The translations under genes were made by a program, and so were the position numbers. The notes under the pieces were generated by a model. It made no database searches, was not told the DNA's origin, and saw nothing but the letters and a program-made list of their open reading frames with translations. Below are positions 11,877-24,929 of a stretch of 64,000 nt of DNA, in pieces. Source of the DNA: Octopus sinensis (taxonomy: Eukaryota); assembly GCF_006345805.1 (NCBI RefSeq), contig NC_043010.1, forward strand, positions 34,720,001 to 34,784,000, read 5' to 3'. Position 1 is the first letter of the stretch; each line of letters begins with the position of its first letter.

Positions 11877-13039
11877 TATGCAGAGAGAGAGAGAGAGAGA
11901 GAGAGACATTCATTTTACCATGCTTGCATGGATAGAAGAGTTTATTTAAAGAAACAATTGTTTTTAATGATGGATATCCTTCCAACTAATGATGACTGTT
12001 GGGTGGTGAAACAAAAATACATTTCATACAATCAAACAAACTAAAGGAAGAACAGTTAAATGCCTTCTAACTGGAATTATGAGAACGACACTTATACATC
12101 ATAAGTGGATTTTTAAAGCTTTGCAAAGTAATCAATCTATGACATCATTTCTTGAAATTATAGTAACCTTTGTATGAGGTGTACTGTATGAAGTAGTGGT
12201 GTGGCTAATGTCCCTGTAACTGTACACATACAGGTACACACATATGCACACATTCATATGCATACATGTACAAACACATATACATACGTTATGCACGTGT
12301 GTATGTGTGTTTGTGTGTATATAAATATATATGTGTGTGTGTGTGTGTGTATATATTTATATTTATATAAATGCATATATATGTGTATGTGTGTATACAT
12401 ACACACACATATATTATGAAAAGATTCTACAAATTTCCATGACAATCATGTATATAAAAGTAGCAATAAGATCCATTCCATGAAGATATTTATATATAAT
12501 CAATAGGGTTTAGAATGTTTTTCTCTCATCGAAACTATTTCAGTTGTGTTATATTTAGCATTGTTTGTTCTTACATGGATACACGATGGACACATAAATA
12601 TAACACACATTGCGGATATATTTTATATTTTAGACAAGCACAGTACAATTCAGCCAAAATTCCTGTGAGTGGTATTGTACAGCAAATAAATGACTAAATT
12701 CCATATATAAAAACACAGTTCAATAGTTCTTGTTCGTTGGAGTGTTTAAGTCTTCTTTGTTTAAGACTATACACTGTCTACAATACTGCTTGTTGGTCTT
12801 TAATATACACAGATATGGCATATCAGGAGGTACATATTGGTAGTAAATTTTGGCATAAGGCCAGCAATTTTGGGGGAGGGGGTAAGTTAATTATATCAAC
12901 CCCAGTGTTCAACTGGTACTTATTTCATTGACCCCAAAAGGATGTAAAGCAAAGTTGACATTGGCAGAATTTGAACTCAGAATGTAAAGAGGAATGAAAT
13001 ACACTAAACATTTTGCCTGGCACAGTAATGATTCTGACA

Positions 13040-13269
13040 ATAATTGAAGGTGGCAAGCTGGCAGAAACGTTAGTATGCCGGGCGAAATGCTTAGTGGTAT
13101 TTCGTCTGTCTTTATGTTCTGAGTTCAAGTTCCACCGAGGTCGACTTTGCCTTTCATCCTTTTGGGGTTGATAAATTAATTACCAGTTATGCACTGGGGT
13201 CGATGTAATCGACTTAATCTCCTTGTTTGTCCCCTCTATGTTTAGCCCCATGTGGGCAATAAAAATATA
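13040..13269 (+). mobile_element. SINE of the GCCTTTCATCCTTT.GGGGT.GATAAA family with 16-bp TSD, inserted antisense into an older copy (12840-13039, -)
   Basis: TSD AGTAATGATTCTGACA at 13024-13039 and 13270-13285; tRNA-like head ...GAGTTCAAGTTCC. Confidence 0.8.
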
Positions 13270-13689
13270 AGTAATGATTCTGACAGCTATATTTTGGTGG
13301 ATTTCATTGCTCCAGATATGTCATACTTGTTTCATTTAATCAGTGGACTACATACATGTAGGCTTGAGCAGAGGAGTGACATCGATGTATAACAGTTGGC
13401 ATGGATCTATGATTATTCAAGAAACCTTTTCCCATCTGCTGAATACAGAGGACCATTTAATAAAGAATTGTTTCTTTTATAAATCGTTCTATTCTTTTTT
13501 TTAATTCTATTCTGTTACTTGTGAGTACCTTATTTACACTGTATGCACATGTATATATCCATAACCAACACATAAATCATATGCATTTAGCACCAATAAT
13601 TAAAATCCTTGAATGTTTTTAAATATAGGTCAACATTGAGTGCTTTCTTAATGGCAGGTTTAATATGTAGTAATCCAGTTGTGATGTGT

Positions 13690-14410
13690 CACATTGGACT
13701 TGTCCTTAATGATGTGCTACATCCCACATCCAAAAGTTGCATAAATTCAGGTGCAGGAGTGGCTGTGTGGTAAGTAGCTTGCTAACCAACAACATGGTTC
13801 CGGGTTCAGTCCCACTGCGTGGCATCTTGGGCAAGTGTCTTCTGCTATAACCCCAGGCCGACCAATGCCTTGTGAGTGGATTTGGTAGACGGAAACTGAA
13901 GGAAGCCTGTCGTGTATATATATATATATATATGTGTGTGTGTATGTGTGTGTTTGTGTGTCTGTGTTTGTCCCCCTAGCATTGCTTGACAACCGATGCT
14001 GGTGTGTTTATGTCCCTGTCACTTAGCGGTTCGGCAAAAGAGACCGATAGGATAAGTACTGGGCTTACAAAGAATAAGTCCCGGGGTCAAATTGCTCGAC
14101 TAAAGGCGGTGCTCCAGCATGGCCGCAGTCAAATGACTGATACAAGTAAAAGAGTAAATTCAGATCTGGTGGGCAAGGACACTAGACTTCCTTGGGTACA
14201 AACAATGGAATGTTGAACTTAGAAAATCTCACACACTCTTTGAAACCATGTGCTGGTGCAAAAGCTTGGATAAGCATAAGTCATCCATAGAGTCAGACCT
14301 TTATCAAAGATGTCCAAATACTCAGCTATGTTAATATTAAAACTCACTTTGCTGAAATGAGGTAGCATCTCACATCTATTACTTTCAACGGCTCCAAATG
14401 TCATCAAGGC
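13690..14410 (-). mobile_element. Second maT-like transposase remnant, interrupted by the 13751-14154 SINE
   Basis: MMTFGAVESNRCEMLPHF..NINIAEYLD..W on -, and PPDLNLCNFWMW reconstituted across the SINE TSD. Confidence 0.55.
13751..14154 (+). mobile_element. tRNA-derived SINE with internal (TA)/(TG) microsatellite and 9-bp TSD
   Basis: A/B boxes TGGCTGTGTGG and GGTTCAGTCCC; TSD TAAATTCAG at 13742-13750 and 14155-14163. Full copy on - at ~61706-62093; partial copies at ~990-1315, ~1545-1720, ~6940-7155, ~17062-17178, ~52330-52570. Confidence 0.85.
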
Positions 14411-15294
14411 TGCACAACAGCAGAAATTTTGGAAGGCTTGGTTTCAATAACCCTGCAGTTCTGATGAGTCATATCGCTGAACATTGGAAAACTTCTTCTT
14501 TTCTGCTTCTCCCTTGGCTATGTATACCTGTCTCCCAGGCTCCCTTCTGGCTGTATATATATATGTGTACATAGATATAACACAAACATACATAAATATA
14601 CATCAAACCACAGATGGAACAGCCGCTACATCAGGAGAAAGATGTAGAGCAAAGTGAAATGGGACTAATTGATAATATGTCATTGCCTCTTGAATACTAA
14701 TAATGAATATTGAAGTAATTAAAGCAGCCTGAGTATTTCTTTTAATTATTCTATTATAGTCATGTAGGCCAATATTATGGAATGTTGGATGAAGTTAACA
14801 TTCCTGACATCACCATCATCATCACCATCATTATTATTATAAATAAGGCAGTGAGTAGAATTGTTAGCACGCTGGGCAAGATGCTTAGCAGCATTTTGTC
14901 CGTCTTTACATTTTAAGTTCAAATTCTGCCAAGGTTGACTTTACCTTTCATCCTTTCAGGGTCGATAAATTAAATACCAGTCAAGTACTTGGGTCGATGT
15001 GATCGACTATTCCTATCCCCAGAAATCCCAGGCCTTGTGTCTATAGTAGAAAGGATTCTTATTATTATTATGATTGTTGTTGTTGTTGTTGGTGATGATG
15101 TTATTGTTAGTTTGCTGGTCAAAATGCTTAGTGGCATTTCATCAGTCTTTATGTTCAGAGTTCAAATTCCATCTAAGTTGACTTTGCCTTTCATCCTTCT
15201 GGGGTTGATAAAAAGTACCGATCAAGTACTGGGGTTGATGTAATCGACTTTTCCCTCCCTTCAAAACTGCTGGTCCTGCACCAAAATCTAAAAC

Positions 15295-15331
<37 letters not shown>

Positions 15332-15561
15332 AAGTGGTGAGCTGGCAGAATCATTAGCACACCGAGCAAAATGCTTAGCAGTATTTCATCTGTCTTTATG
15401 TACTAAGTTCAAATTCCACTGAGGTCAACTTTGCCTTTCATCCATTTGGGGTCGATTAAATAAGTACCAGTTATGTACTGGGGTCGATATAATCGACTTA
15501 ATCCCTTCCCCCAAATATGAGGTCTTGTGCTTCCAGTTGAAAGGATTATTATTATTATTAT

Positions 15562-15932
15562 TTATTGTCTTTGCACACCTTCTAATACTAGAGATGTACT
15601 AGAGTGCCAGCTGTTCACTACCAGTGAACCAAGGTAACACCTCTTATATTTTGAGCACCGCCCAGATTATTCAAGCAGTTCCAAGCAGTGCTGTTTTCTG
15701 CAAGTGCTCCACCTTTATTGCAGCCCCTATTTGTTCCATGTACTTCTCAAGATTTTACTCACTGTTCCCAGGGCTCTGACAATTATTGGTACTACTACCA
15801 CAACTGCTTAACCTCCCATGCTAACCTGTCATATCTATTGACTTTTCTTTCTTCCTTATTGCATACTTTGTTGTCAGCTGGGCACGCTATATCTATGATC
15901 CGGCACTGTTTGCTTTCTTTCTCAACACTATA
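15562..15932 (-). mobile_element. 3' fragment of a restriction-like-endonuclease LINE (R4/Dong-like), subfamily 1
   Basis: Minus strand encodes ..VVVVPIIVRALGTV..LEKYMEQIGAAIKVEHLQKTALLGTA; flanked by (TTA)n. Confidence 0.75.
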
Positions 15933-15976
<44 letters not shown>

Positions 15977-15977
15977 T

Positions 15978-16525
15978 TATGATTGACTTTTGCTTTACAT
16001 TTGTACAAGTTGGCTCCAAGTCTCACCCAGAGACCTCAAGAGACAACAAGTTGGAAGTTCATGTTGATGTTATGCCTAGGGTGTCATATATTTAGTTTTG
16101 TACATGGTATTGTTCTAGAGAATGTTTAAGAAACCATAAGAAAATTATGTTTGTTTTAAAACTTGAGATTACATAGAAAGTATTTTGTGTAGGATATGAG
16201 CAGTTCCCATGAGCACTATCTTTTGAATTTCTGCCATTTTGGGGTTTCCTGGTGTCTGAGCTAGGTAGCAATCAGACCCTTTTGATATCATTCCCAGGGA
16301 ACCTATGACAACAGGCATTGTTTTAGTCTTCAGGTTCCATATTTTTCTAATTTCTATTTCAAGATCTTTATATTTGCTCAGTTTTTGGTAGGTCTTGACA
16401 GATATGTTAATATCGATTGGGACAGTCATATCAACGAGGAGGCATGATTTTTGTCTGAAGTCTTTCAATATGATGTCTGGCCTATTCGCATCTATCTTTC
16501 TGTCAGTTTGAATGGTGAAGTTCCA
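15978..16525 (-). mobile_element. 3' fragment of a restriction-like-endonuclease LINE (R4/Dong-like), subfamily 2
   Basis: ANRPDIILKDFRQKSCLLVDMTVPID...KLSKYKDLEIEIRKIW...PVVIGSLG...IQKIVLMGTAHILHKIL contains the RPD, D and K..KY motifs of the RLE domain; flanked by (TTA)n. Confidence 0.85.
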
Positions 16526-16562
<37 letters not shown>

Positions 16563-16949
16563 GTTATTAAGGTGGCGAGCTGGTAAAATCATTAGCCCAT
16601 CAGACAAAATACTTAGCAACATTTCTCCTGGCTCTTTAATCGACTTGGCCTCTCTATTCAAAATTGCTAGCCTCAAGCCAAAATTAAAATGAATTATTAC
16701 AATCATTGTTACTATAAAGAGCTGTGGATTATTAGAATCCTGAGAGTATTGGGGAAAATACTTTGTGGCATTTGTCTTCATGCTTTACATTCTCAGTTCA
16801 GCTCCCACTAAGATCAACTTTGCTTTTCATCCTGTCAAGTACTGAGATTCATGGTATTGACTAAACATGCTGGCCTTGTGCCTAAATTGGAAATAATTAT
16901 TAGTATGAAAGAAGGTGATGAGCTGGCAGAATCATTCAGCACACCAGTA

Positions 16950-17816
16950 TTCATCTTCACATCTTTGAACAGGACTTAGGCTCAACTCAGACAACTATGT
17001 AAAGCTGCTGAGGACTGCAGTCAAACCTTGGCTGGAGAGGATTGCTGCTGGAAGATCATAAGAGATTGACAGAATAAGTACTAAGCATCCAAAGAATAAG
17101 TCCTGGGGTTGATTTGCTCGACTAAAGGCGGTGCTCCGGCATGGCTACAGTCAAATGACTGAAACAAGTAAAAGAGTATGTGTGTGGCAGCAGGATTTGG
17201 CTCCTTGCTATACCACCAGAAAGAGTTAGAGTGGTTGTCAGCTCTTTATAGTAACAATGATAATAATAATTCATTCTAATCCCATGGATTACTAAGTGTG
17301 GAATGTAGTTGAGAAAGACACCAACAAGCCTGCAACACCAAGGCTGAGCTGGTGCCAAGAGCTGGCAGAAACATTAGCATGCCGGGCGAAATGCTTAGCG
17401 CTATTTCGTCTGCTGCTATGTTCTGAGTTCAAATTCCGCCGAGGTCGACTTTGCCTTTCATCCTTTCAGGGTTGATAAATTAAGTACGAGTTATGCACTG
17501 GGGGCGATGTTATCAACTTAATCCCTTTGTCTGTACTTGTTTGTACCTTCTATGTTTAGCCCCTTTTGGGCAATAAAGAAATAAGAAATAAGATCAGGGA
17601 GGTATTTGAAGATCTTAGAGGCACAGTGAGAAAAGCATATGCCAGGTTCAGGAGTCATCTTGAGGCATGGTGGAAGCTGAAGGTGGTTACTTTGAGTAAA
17701 CTGTTATCTCCATAATATTTTTTGATTTAAAAAAAAAAAAAATTTATTTTTGGATAGGACGTTGTCCTTTCTTTTCCATTTACGCAAATTGTCAAATTTA
17801 GCCCGAACACCCTGTA
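16950..17816 (+). mobile_element. Tc1/mariner-superfamily (maT-like) transposase remnant split by two SINE insertions
   Basis: HIFEQGLRLNSDNYVKLLRTAVKPWLERIAAGRSY|VWQQDLAPC, NPMDY.VW, ..RFRSHLEA..EAEGGYFE*; terminal ...GCCCGAACACCCTGTA. Confidence 0.75.
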
Positions 17817-20281
17817 AAAACTGTTTCATATCTTGCAATATTTAAAAAGTTTAAATATAATTACTTATAATTACTTATAATTACTACATCTCACTCTCTC
17901 AATTGCCTCCCTCCTCAAAATTGCTGGCCTTGTACCGAAATCTGAAATCATCATCATCATCATTATTATTATTAAGGTGGTGAGCTGGCAGAATTGTTAG
18001 CACACTTGGTGAAATGCTTAATAGTATTTCATCTGCTGCTGCATTCGGAGTTCAAATTCTGCTGAGGTCAACTTTGCCTTTCATCCTTTCGGGGTTGATG
18101 AAATAAGTACCAATTATGCACTGGGGTTGATATAATCGACTAGCTCCTGTCACCCCATAATTTTCAAGGGCATGTGATTAGAGTAGAAATAATAATAATA
18201 ATAAATAATAGTAATTATCATTATTATCAAGCATGCTGGACAAAATGTTTAGCAGTAATTTGCCCATCACTACATTCTGAGTTCAAATTCCACCGAGGTT
18301 GACTTTGCCTTTCATCCTTTCAGGGTTGATAAATTAAGAACCAGTGAAGCACTGGGGTTGGTGTAATTGACTAGTCCCCTCCCCCAAAATTTCAAGGCCT
18401 TGTGCCTTCAGTAGAAAGGATCATCACCACCACCATCATCATGGCATTAAGCTTGTATAATTGTTACCGCACCAGACAAATTACTTCCCAGCATTTTATC
18501 CATCTAGACGTTCTGAGTTCAAATTCTGCTGCAGTCAACTTTGCCTTTAATTTTCCCCGGGTTAATGAAGTAAGTACCAGTCGAGTACTGAGGTCAGTTA
18601 ATCAACTACCCCCTTATGCCCACTTTCAGGACTTGTGCCAATAGCAGAAAGAGTTATTATTATTATTATTGAGTGAGAGAGCAACACATGCCATCAAAGT
18701 GATGCTGTGGTAGAGATATATGAACCCCAATATACACATCATAACTATCCATCTGATAATGGTGCACCATGTACATGCATCACAACAATATGTGCACAAC
18801 ATGGTGACCTCATATCAAGATAAACAGAGCATGATCTTGCAGATTATTATTATTGGTAAGATGGTAGAATCATTTGCTCACCAAGGAAAAATGCATAGTG
18901 GCATTTCATCCGTTGCTATGTTCTGAGTTCAAATTCCACCATGGTTGACTTCGCTTTTCATCCTTTTGGGGTTGACAAAATAAGTACCAGTTAAACACTG
19001 GGGTTGATGTAATCAACTATCCTCCTCCCCCCAAATGTCAGGCCACTGCCTATAGTAGAAAGGATTAATCATTAATGGATGGCAAAAATCTGTATATTTT
19101 CTGAAATAACATCTTAAGGTATTGAGATACCTTTTTTAAGTTTTGAGATAAATTCCTGGTAGGGTTGAGGATCAACTTTGTTTTTCCCCTTTCCAAAAGG
19201 TGATAAAATAGGTAGCAGTTATTGTTGTTTAGCCCAAGTCAACTCTGACTGAGTAGACCTATGATCAACAGCATTCCAGTCATGACCATTCTGCAAAGAG
19301 CCCAGGATCACATTATCCAAATTGTTCTTTTTAGATAGTAGGGTGTAATTTAGAGGAGATTTGGCTATTATTTCTTTCTGGAAGGATGGGCAACCATATA
19401 GACGATTCTTCATTGACTTGGGAAATACCTGGGTGAATCTAATCAACCTCATTCTCAAAAATGAGTGTCCTTGTTCTTTGCTAGGAAACATTATTACTAT
19501 ACTCATATTGTCAATTTAGTCAAAACTATATCCCATATTTCATTAAAAAAAATTATGTTCTGACTTGGTAACTATATCAGAAATCATTACTGCAGAGTGA
19601 TGGCATGATTCAGTTATACTATTTCTTGTGCATTCTGGTAGTTTGGCTATATTGCATTTTATTCACTGCTCGGTCTGTGCACTATGTTAGTGGTCACAAT
19701 ATTCCTTGAGATGGAACTAGTGTTAAAAAATTCCTCTTATATTTGAAGCAACTGAAGCTGTTGAATTTGCAGGTAGTTTGGTGCTATGCTGCACTTGTAT
19801 TGATGGTGTGCTATATATATGAACTGTTGATCTTTTCAAGGATTTTAAATCTGATAGTTAATCAAATTATTCAGTTTTCAATTCTGTTATTAGATCCACT
19901 TGATTCTTTGTTTGTATCTAACATCTATTCAAATTGATCAGAGGAATATCAAAATATCAGTATCACAGTTAGATTGGTACAAGGCTGAGAAAAATCAAGA
20001 AGATAAATATGCTGATAGTAACTTCAATGTCATGCTATTAAATCATTTATAGAATGAACCACTGAAAGTGAAGTTATGCTAGTCTCAGACACAGACATAA
20101 CATGGCAATAGTAAAGAACAAGAATCAAAAGATGTAACTTGAGATGAAATGAGGGATGTGAAAAGAGAGAATTAGGGATGGTTAAGGTGACAAGACATCT
20201 GAGAGATTAATGAAAAGGTCAGCAAGATATGTCCGATCATCAGTGTTGCGTGGTGTTCATGGATGTAAGTGTTGTAATCTA

Positions 20282-20500
20282 CAAGGGCAGGTGCTGATAA
20301 TTTCCTGATTTTGGGTAAAATAAAATACAGGGGGATCAGTTAATTATGATTTTATTCAACATATTCCCCTCTCAGATTCACACGCTTATTGCAGTGGTCC
20401 TTCAGTTTTCCTAAGACCTGTAAAAGAACTCAGAAGGTAAGGCCCCCATCCAGGCCTTTCATGGTACCCTTAAGGCCAGAAACTTTTCAGCACCTCCTTG
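20282..20500 (-). mobile_element. Mariner-derived MITE
   Basis: TA-flanked TIRs CAAGGGCAGGTGCTGATAATTTCCTG / CCAGAAACTTTTCAGCACCTCCTTG; internal remnant ..VNLRGEYVE* on -. Confidence 0.7.
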
Positions 20501-22667
20501 TATGTTTAGTTATTTAATTATTATATACTGCAATTTGTGAACAATAGCACCATTTTTAGTAGCTGAGTTTCCTGCATTTCTGATGGTGAGAGTGACAAGA
20601 TAGAATCAATAACCCAATGGATTTCATTTTGAGAATATTGTCTTTTTGCAATATACAGTGAAAAGGCAAACTTCCAAATAGTTTCTATTCACCAAATTCC
20701 ACTCACAAGGTATCGATCATCCCGAGGCTATGGTTGAAAACACTTACCTAAAACACTCACCTAAGATGTTGTACAGTGAAATCAAACACAGGACTACATG
20801 GTTGCAAAGCAAATTTTTTGACCAAACAGCATATCAGCACTTACTTTTCATTGGCATGCAGTGCCAAATTCAATTCTTCTGAATGGAAAGGTATCAGACC
20901 TGTTATTCAGGAAATAGATTTATCTTATGTGCTTAGCGATATAGGAAATGAAGTTGATCATTGTTCCTATAGATATCATTATTTGGAAAAGTATAGATTT
21001 CTTCTCGAGGGACATGGTAGATAAATTAACAAAGAAATCGATAGTAAATCATTTATTAAGATGTACTGCACTGAGTAAATAAAAATCCTTCTCTTTCTCC
21101 TCATTGCTCTACATCTGTTTCTCAAGATCATTACATTACTAAAACTGCATCTCAAAAGCAGACAAGCCATCCTCTTTCAGAACCAGAAAATACTTCAGCT
21201 CTGATCTATTACTGATCTTCTGTGAACCTCAAGTAAACCCCATGGTGGGGTGCAGTGCTACTGATATACACATGTCTTAGGTCTCATCTGAAAGAAGGTG
21301 ATCTGAATGATAGGCAATGACTCACCAACACTATCTCTGGTCAAATGTACTATAGTCTCCTCTCTCTCTCTCCTTGCATCTTCTGGCACTATTTGAAATA
21401 GCTTTTAGTCATCTGTTACAAGCTAACTGTATACAACCTTCACCCAGATCCTCTTGTGTTCCCTACCTCTGGTCCCACACTAACTGTTTCACCTATCCTT
21501 TCACTCCAGAGCAATAACCCATTAGAATATACTTCCTATAGACGTCTACTTCCAGTAGTTCAAACTGGACCTTCACCTATCAGTTTCAACAGTCATCTTT
21601 TCTCCTCACAAAACTATAAAAAGAATCTACAGATTTCACCTAATTTGATTTTTTTGGTTTCTTCTGTCATGAATACATGTATAACCATTTAATTAAGAAG
21701 TCTGTTTTGCAACCATATAGTTTTGTGTTTAACACCTTCTTTTCATCCACCCTAGCAGATATAAACTGTAACAAACTCCATCAGATAGACTATAGCTGTT
21801 TTTAGGTGTTGGACTTAATACATTGACTGGTTTAACACCACCATCTAATCCTTGGGCATCTTTAGCAAAGTCCTTTCTGTTGCAAATATTTGGACCAAAT
21901 TTAATATCATGATATTCCTTCATTCCTCCTATTAGTCTCACAAGATATGAAAAACTACTTCTATTGACAGTATAAAGCATCCTTTCTCCAGCACTCATCT
22001 ATTTCTAATCCATGTCCAGATTATGATAGTTATAAGTACAAGTAAAACAGACAGTACACTTACACACACATTATATATATGTGTATCTGTAAACACACAC
22101 ACACACAGATCTATCTATGTATGTATGTATGAAACAGTATCTATGATGCCAAGATCAACAATAAAGAAAAAGAATATTTTAGTGTAGACTTCAAGATTAC
22201 ACAACTGAACCCATACAGAAATTGAACCAGTCAAGAATATTCTCAGCAAACTATTTTGTATATATATAAATGTATATATTATAGAAATAAGACAATAATA
22301 GACTAAGTAATGCAATAAAAGATTGTTGCGTCATTATTATTGTAATTATAACTGTATTTTAATTGGGGGAAGGGATATTTTTATGGCTTCACCATGCATC
22401 AAAAATGAATGGCTCAGTTTCAGTAAGCATTTAAGAGTCTATCCCACAAATTTAGCACCCCATTCTAGGTAGGATACATTAGTCGACTGAAAGGCAGAGG
22501 AAGAAATCTACCTTTGAGATAATAATTTAATTCAACTGTCTATAATTGTAGACAACAACCAATATCATAACAGTAAAAAGCAGAGGTTAACATAAATTTT
22601 AAACTTTTTGATACCAACCTGCTTGAGAACATCTCCAGTTCTATGATACAAACTATCTACTTACACT

Positions 22668-22964
22668 GTTTGTTTGTTCCTTCTTGAGTCATGCCTGGCT
22701 CATAGGGCCAGTTTCCTTAGCATATAGGTTTCCCACCTGGACGGGATGCTGGTCCATCACAGGTGAGCTCCAAGATGCAGGAGGAAAGAGTGAGAGAAAG
22801 TTGTGGTGAAAGAGTCAGCAGAAGTTTGCCATTACCTTCTGCTGGAGCCACATGGAGCTTAGGTGTTTCACTCATAAACACACACATCGCTCGGTCTGAG
22901 ATTCAAACTCGCGATCCCTTGACCATGAGTCCGCTGCTCTAACCACTAGGCCATGTGCCTCCAC
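22668..22964 (-). mobile_element. tRNA-derived SINE (body A, tail X) with 13-bp TSD, nested in a TTAA-type MITE (~22600-23135)
   Basis: TSD ATCTACTTACACT at 22655-22667 and ATCTACTAACACT at 22965-22977; head GTGGAGGCACATGGCCTAGTGGTTAGAGC. Confidence 0.8.
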
Positions 22965-23339
22965 ATCTACTAACACTAATCTAAATTAAAATCTCCCATC
23001 AAAAATTTCAAGTTTATTTATGTTCCAACACCAGCTTCTTAATGACAGTCATTTGATTGAATTCTTCGTCATTTTCAAAATTAATTTAAATAAAGGCAGT
23101 GTATTTCATTAGAAATACAGTAATGAATGGCTTGAAATAAATATAAGCAAATAATATTAGAAATAATAGAAAACAATAAACACATACACACATGATGATA
23201 GCTTTTGCTATCTAGATGTAATTAGCAAGGGAGACAATTTTCTCTGAATGTATTGTTGCCAGTGTAAAAATAGGGCAAAGTTCAGAGAGCCCTTACTGCT
23301 GTTGACAACAAAGATCTTTTTCCTCAGAGTGAAAGGCTA

Positions 23340-23750
23340 ATAGTATGGCACTTGTGCTAGAACTGTGATGTTGCATGATATCCAAAGACATGGGCCTTGA
23401 ATGCAGAGGACTGGAGAAAACTGGAAATAAACTAAGCTAGCATGCTCTGTTGCAAGTGCAATATAAGTGTGCATGAACAACTATGTGTTGAAAGAAAAAA
23501 AGCTGGGAATAAGAGAAACCAGATGTAATGTGGAAAAAGAAGACTGGCTGGTCTGGACATTTGATGTGTGGGGATGAAGATAGCTATATAAAGAATTGAT
23601 GATTGCTTAATGTGGCTGGAGTTTGTGGAAAAGGGAAACGCAGGAAAACATGGAATGATCTGATGAAGACTAATCTCAGAACCTAGAACCTCATGAAGGA
23701 AATGACAAAGGATTGGAACTGAATGTAATTTGCAAGAAGATCCACCCACT
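23340..23750 (+). mobile_element. Highly degenerate RTE LINE 3' fragment
   Basis: Decayed counterpart of 3300-3700 (LNAE..LEK.EI..L..L C..., RRL.W.GHLM). Confidence 0.55.
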
Positions 23751-24706
23751 CAATGAAAATAAATTCTGAAAGCATCGTGTGTGTTTGTGTGTGTGTGTGT
23801 GTGTATATACATATATATATATTTGCACAACTGGGCCCTTCACCCAATTTCTTCAAAACACCACCACCACTCATCATTTCTAATTCTAGTGCTTCCTTGA
23901 TGTCACTTAATTTTTTATTACCAGAACAATTTCACTTGTCCATCCTTCATCCATTAATACTGTTCTAATATTACATTGAGCCACCAAATTATCCCTCCTC
24001 CTCCACTGACAGACATCTCTCACTCTCCTAATACACATCTACCTCTCCCTACTTCACACTCCTGCAACCTAGTCAACCATGTCATCTCTCTTTCTCTTGC
24101 TGCTTTCCCCAACTCTTTTTTTCCTGCACTGCCAGTCATCTTCTACTCTCCCTACTTCCCCCAACTCATGCATCACTAGTCATCCCACAATTCTTATCTA
24201 CTATTCACAACATATTTGCAGTTGCTGTCCATCATTTTCCCTTGACCCATTCCCTATCTCTCAAGCTCTCATACACTCTTGTAACCTTTATATGCCTACA
24301 TTCCTGGTTTCCCTCTCCTCACCCACCTTATATCTTTAGGGTCCACCCAAACACCTTGTGACCACTATTTCTATCTCTTTCCAGCTTCACATTAATTGTT
24401 TCTATTGCTTCTGGAATGTGCAGGATACCTTTCCTGGTCTGGCTCCTCTCATACTTTAACCTTTTATCTCTTAATGTAAAGCCACTCCCATAAAGCTTAG
24501 TAGTCTTGCAAGCTGCATGCTGACCTCATTAGTGTTGGTGGAATGAAGAAATGCACACAGTTTATGCTGTAAAATGATTGGCATAAGGAAGGACAACCAG
24601 CTGTGGAAACCATGACAAAGCAAACACTTGAACATGATGCAGTTCTTGGACCCATCAGATCCCGACAAACTGTCCAACCCATGCTAGTATAGAACATGTA
24701 CATTAA

Positions 24707-24929
24707 CCCTTTCCTTTAGCTTTCAGATTTCTTTGTCAAATGTATTGCTTATTTATTCACATTGTTTTGAATTAATCGCACATTATCTTGTAGCTTCAAA
24801 ATTTCAGTGGTGTGTTTGTATAGTTTTAGAATGACATTGTAGGATAGTTGTGAGAGAGGTTAGGTCTGGTCAGTTTTAACATAAAACAGAATATTTGGGC
24901 TGGATATGGCCAGATTAAATTCAAAAGGG
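24707..24929. mobile_element. piggyBac-like MITE with TTAA TSD inserted into an RTE-type 3' tail
   Basis: TTAA|CCCTTT ... AAAGGG|TTAA (TTAA at 24703-24706 and 24930-24933). Confidence 0.75.

Larger units (their letters stand above)
14845..19065 (+). repeat. Cluster of roughly ten same-orientation copies of the GCCTTTCATCC SINE separated by (TTA)/(ATC) repeats and other elements
   Basis: AGTTCAAATTC...GACTTTGCCTTTCATCC...GATAAA..AAGTACCAG recurs near 14915, 15160, 15405, 16795, 17425, 18050, 18280, 18515 and 18925. Confidence 0.8.

Noticed and set aside
14845-19065. Recurrent motif with variable spacers, superficially CRISPR-like
   Set aside because: Units are ~200-bp diverged SINE copies in eukaryotic DNA with irregular spacing and no cas genes.
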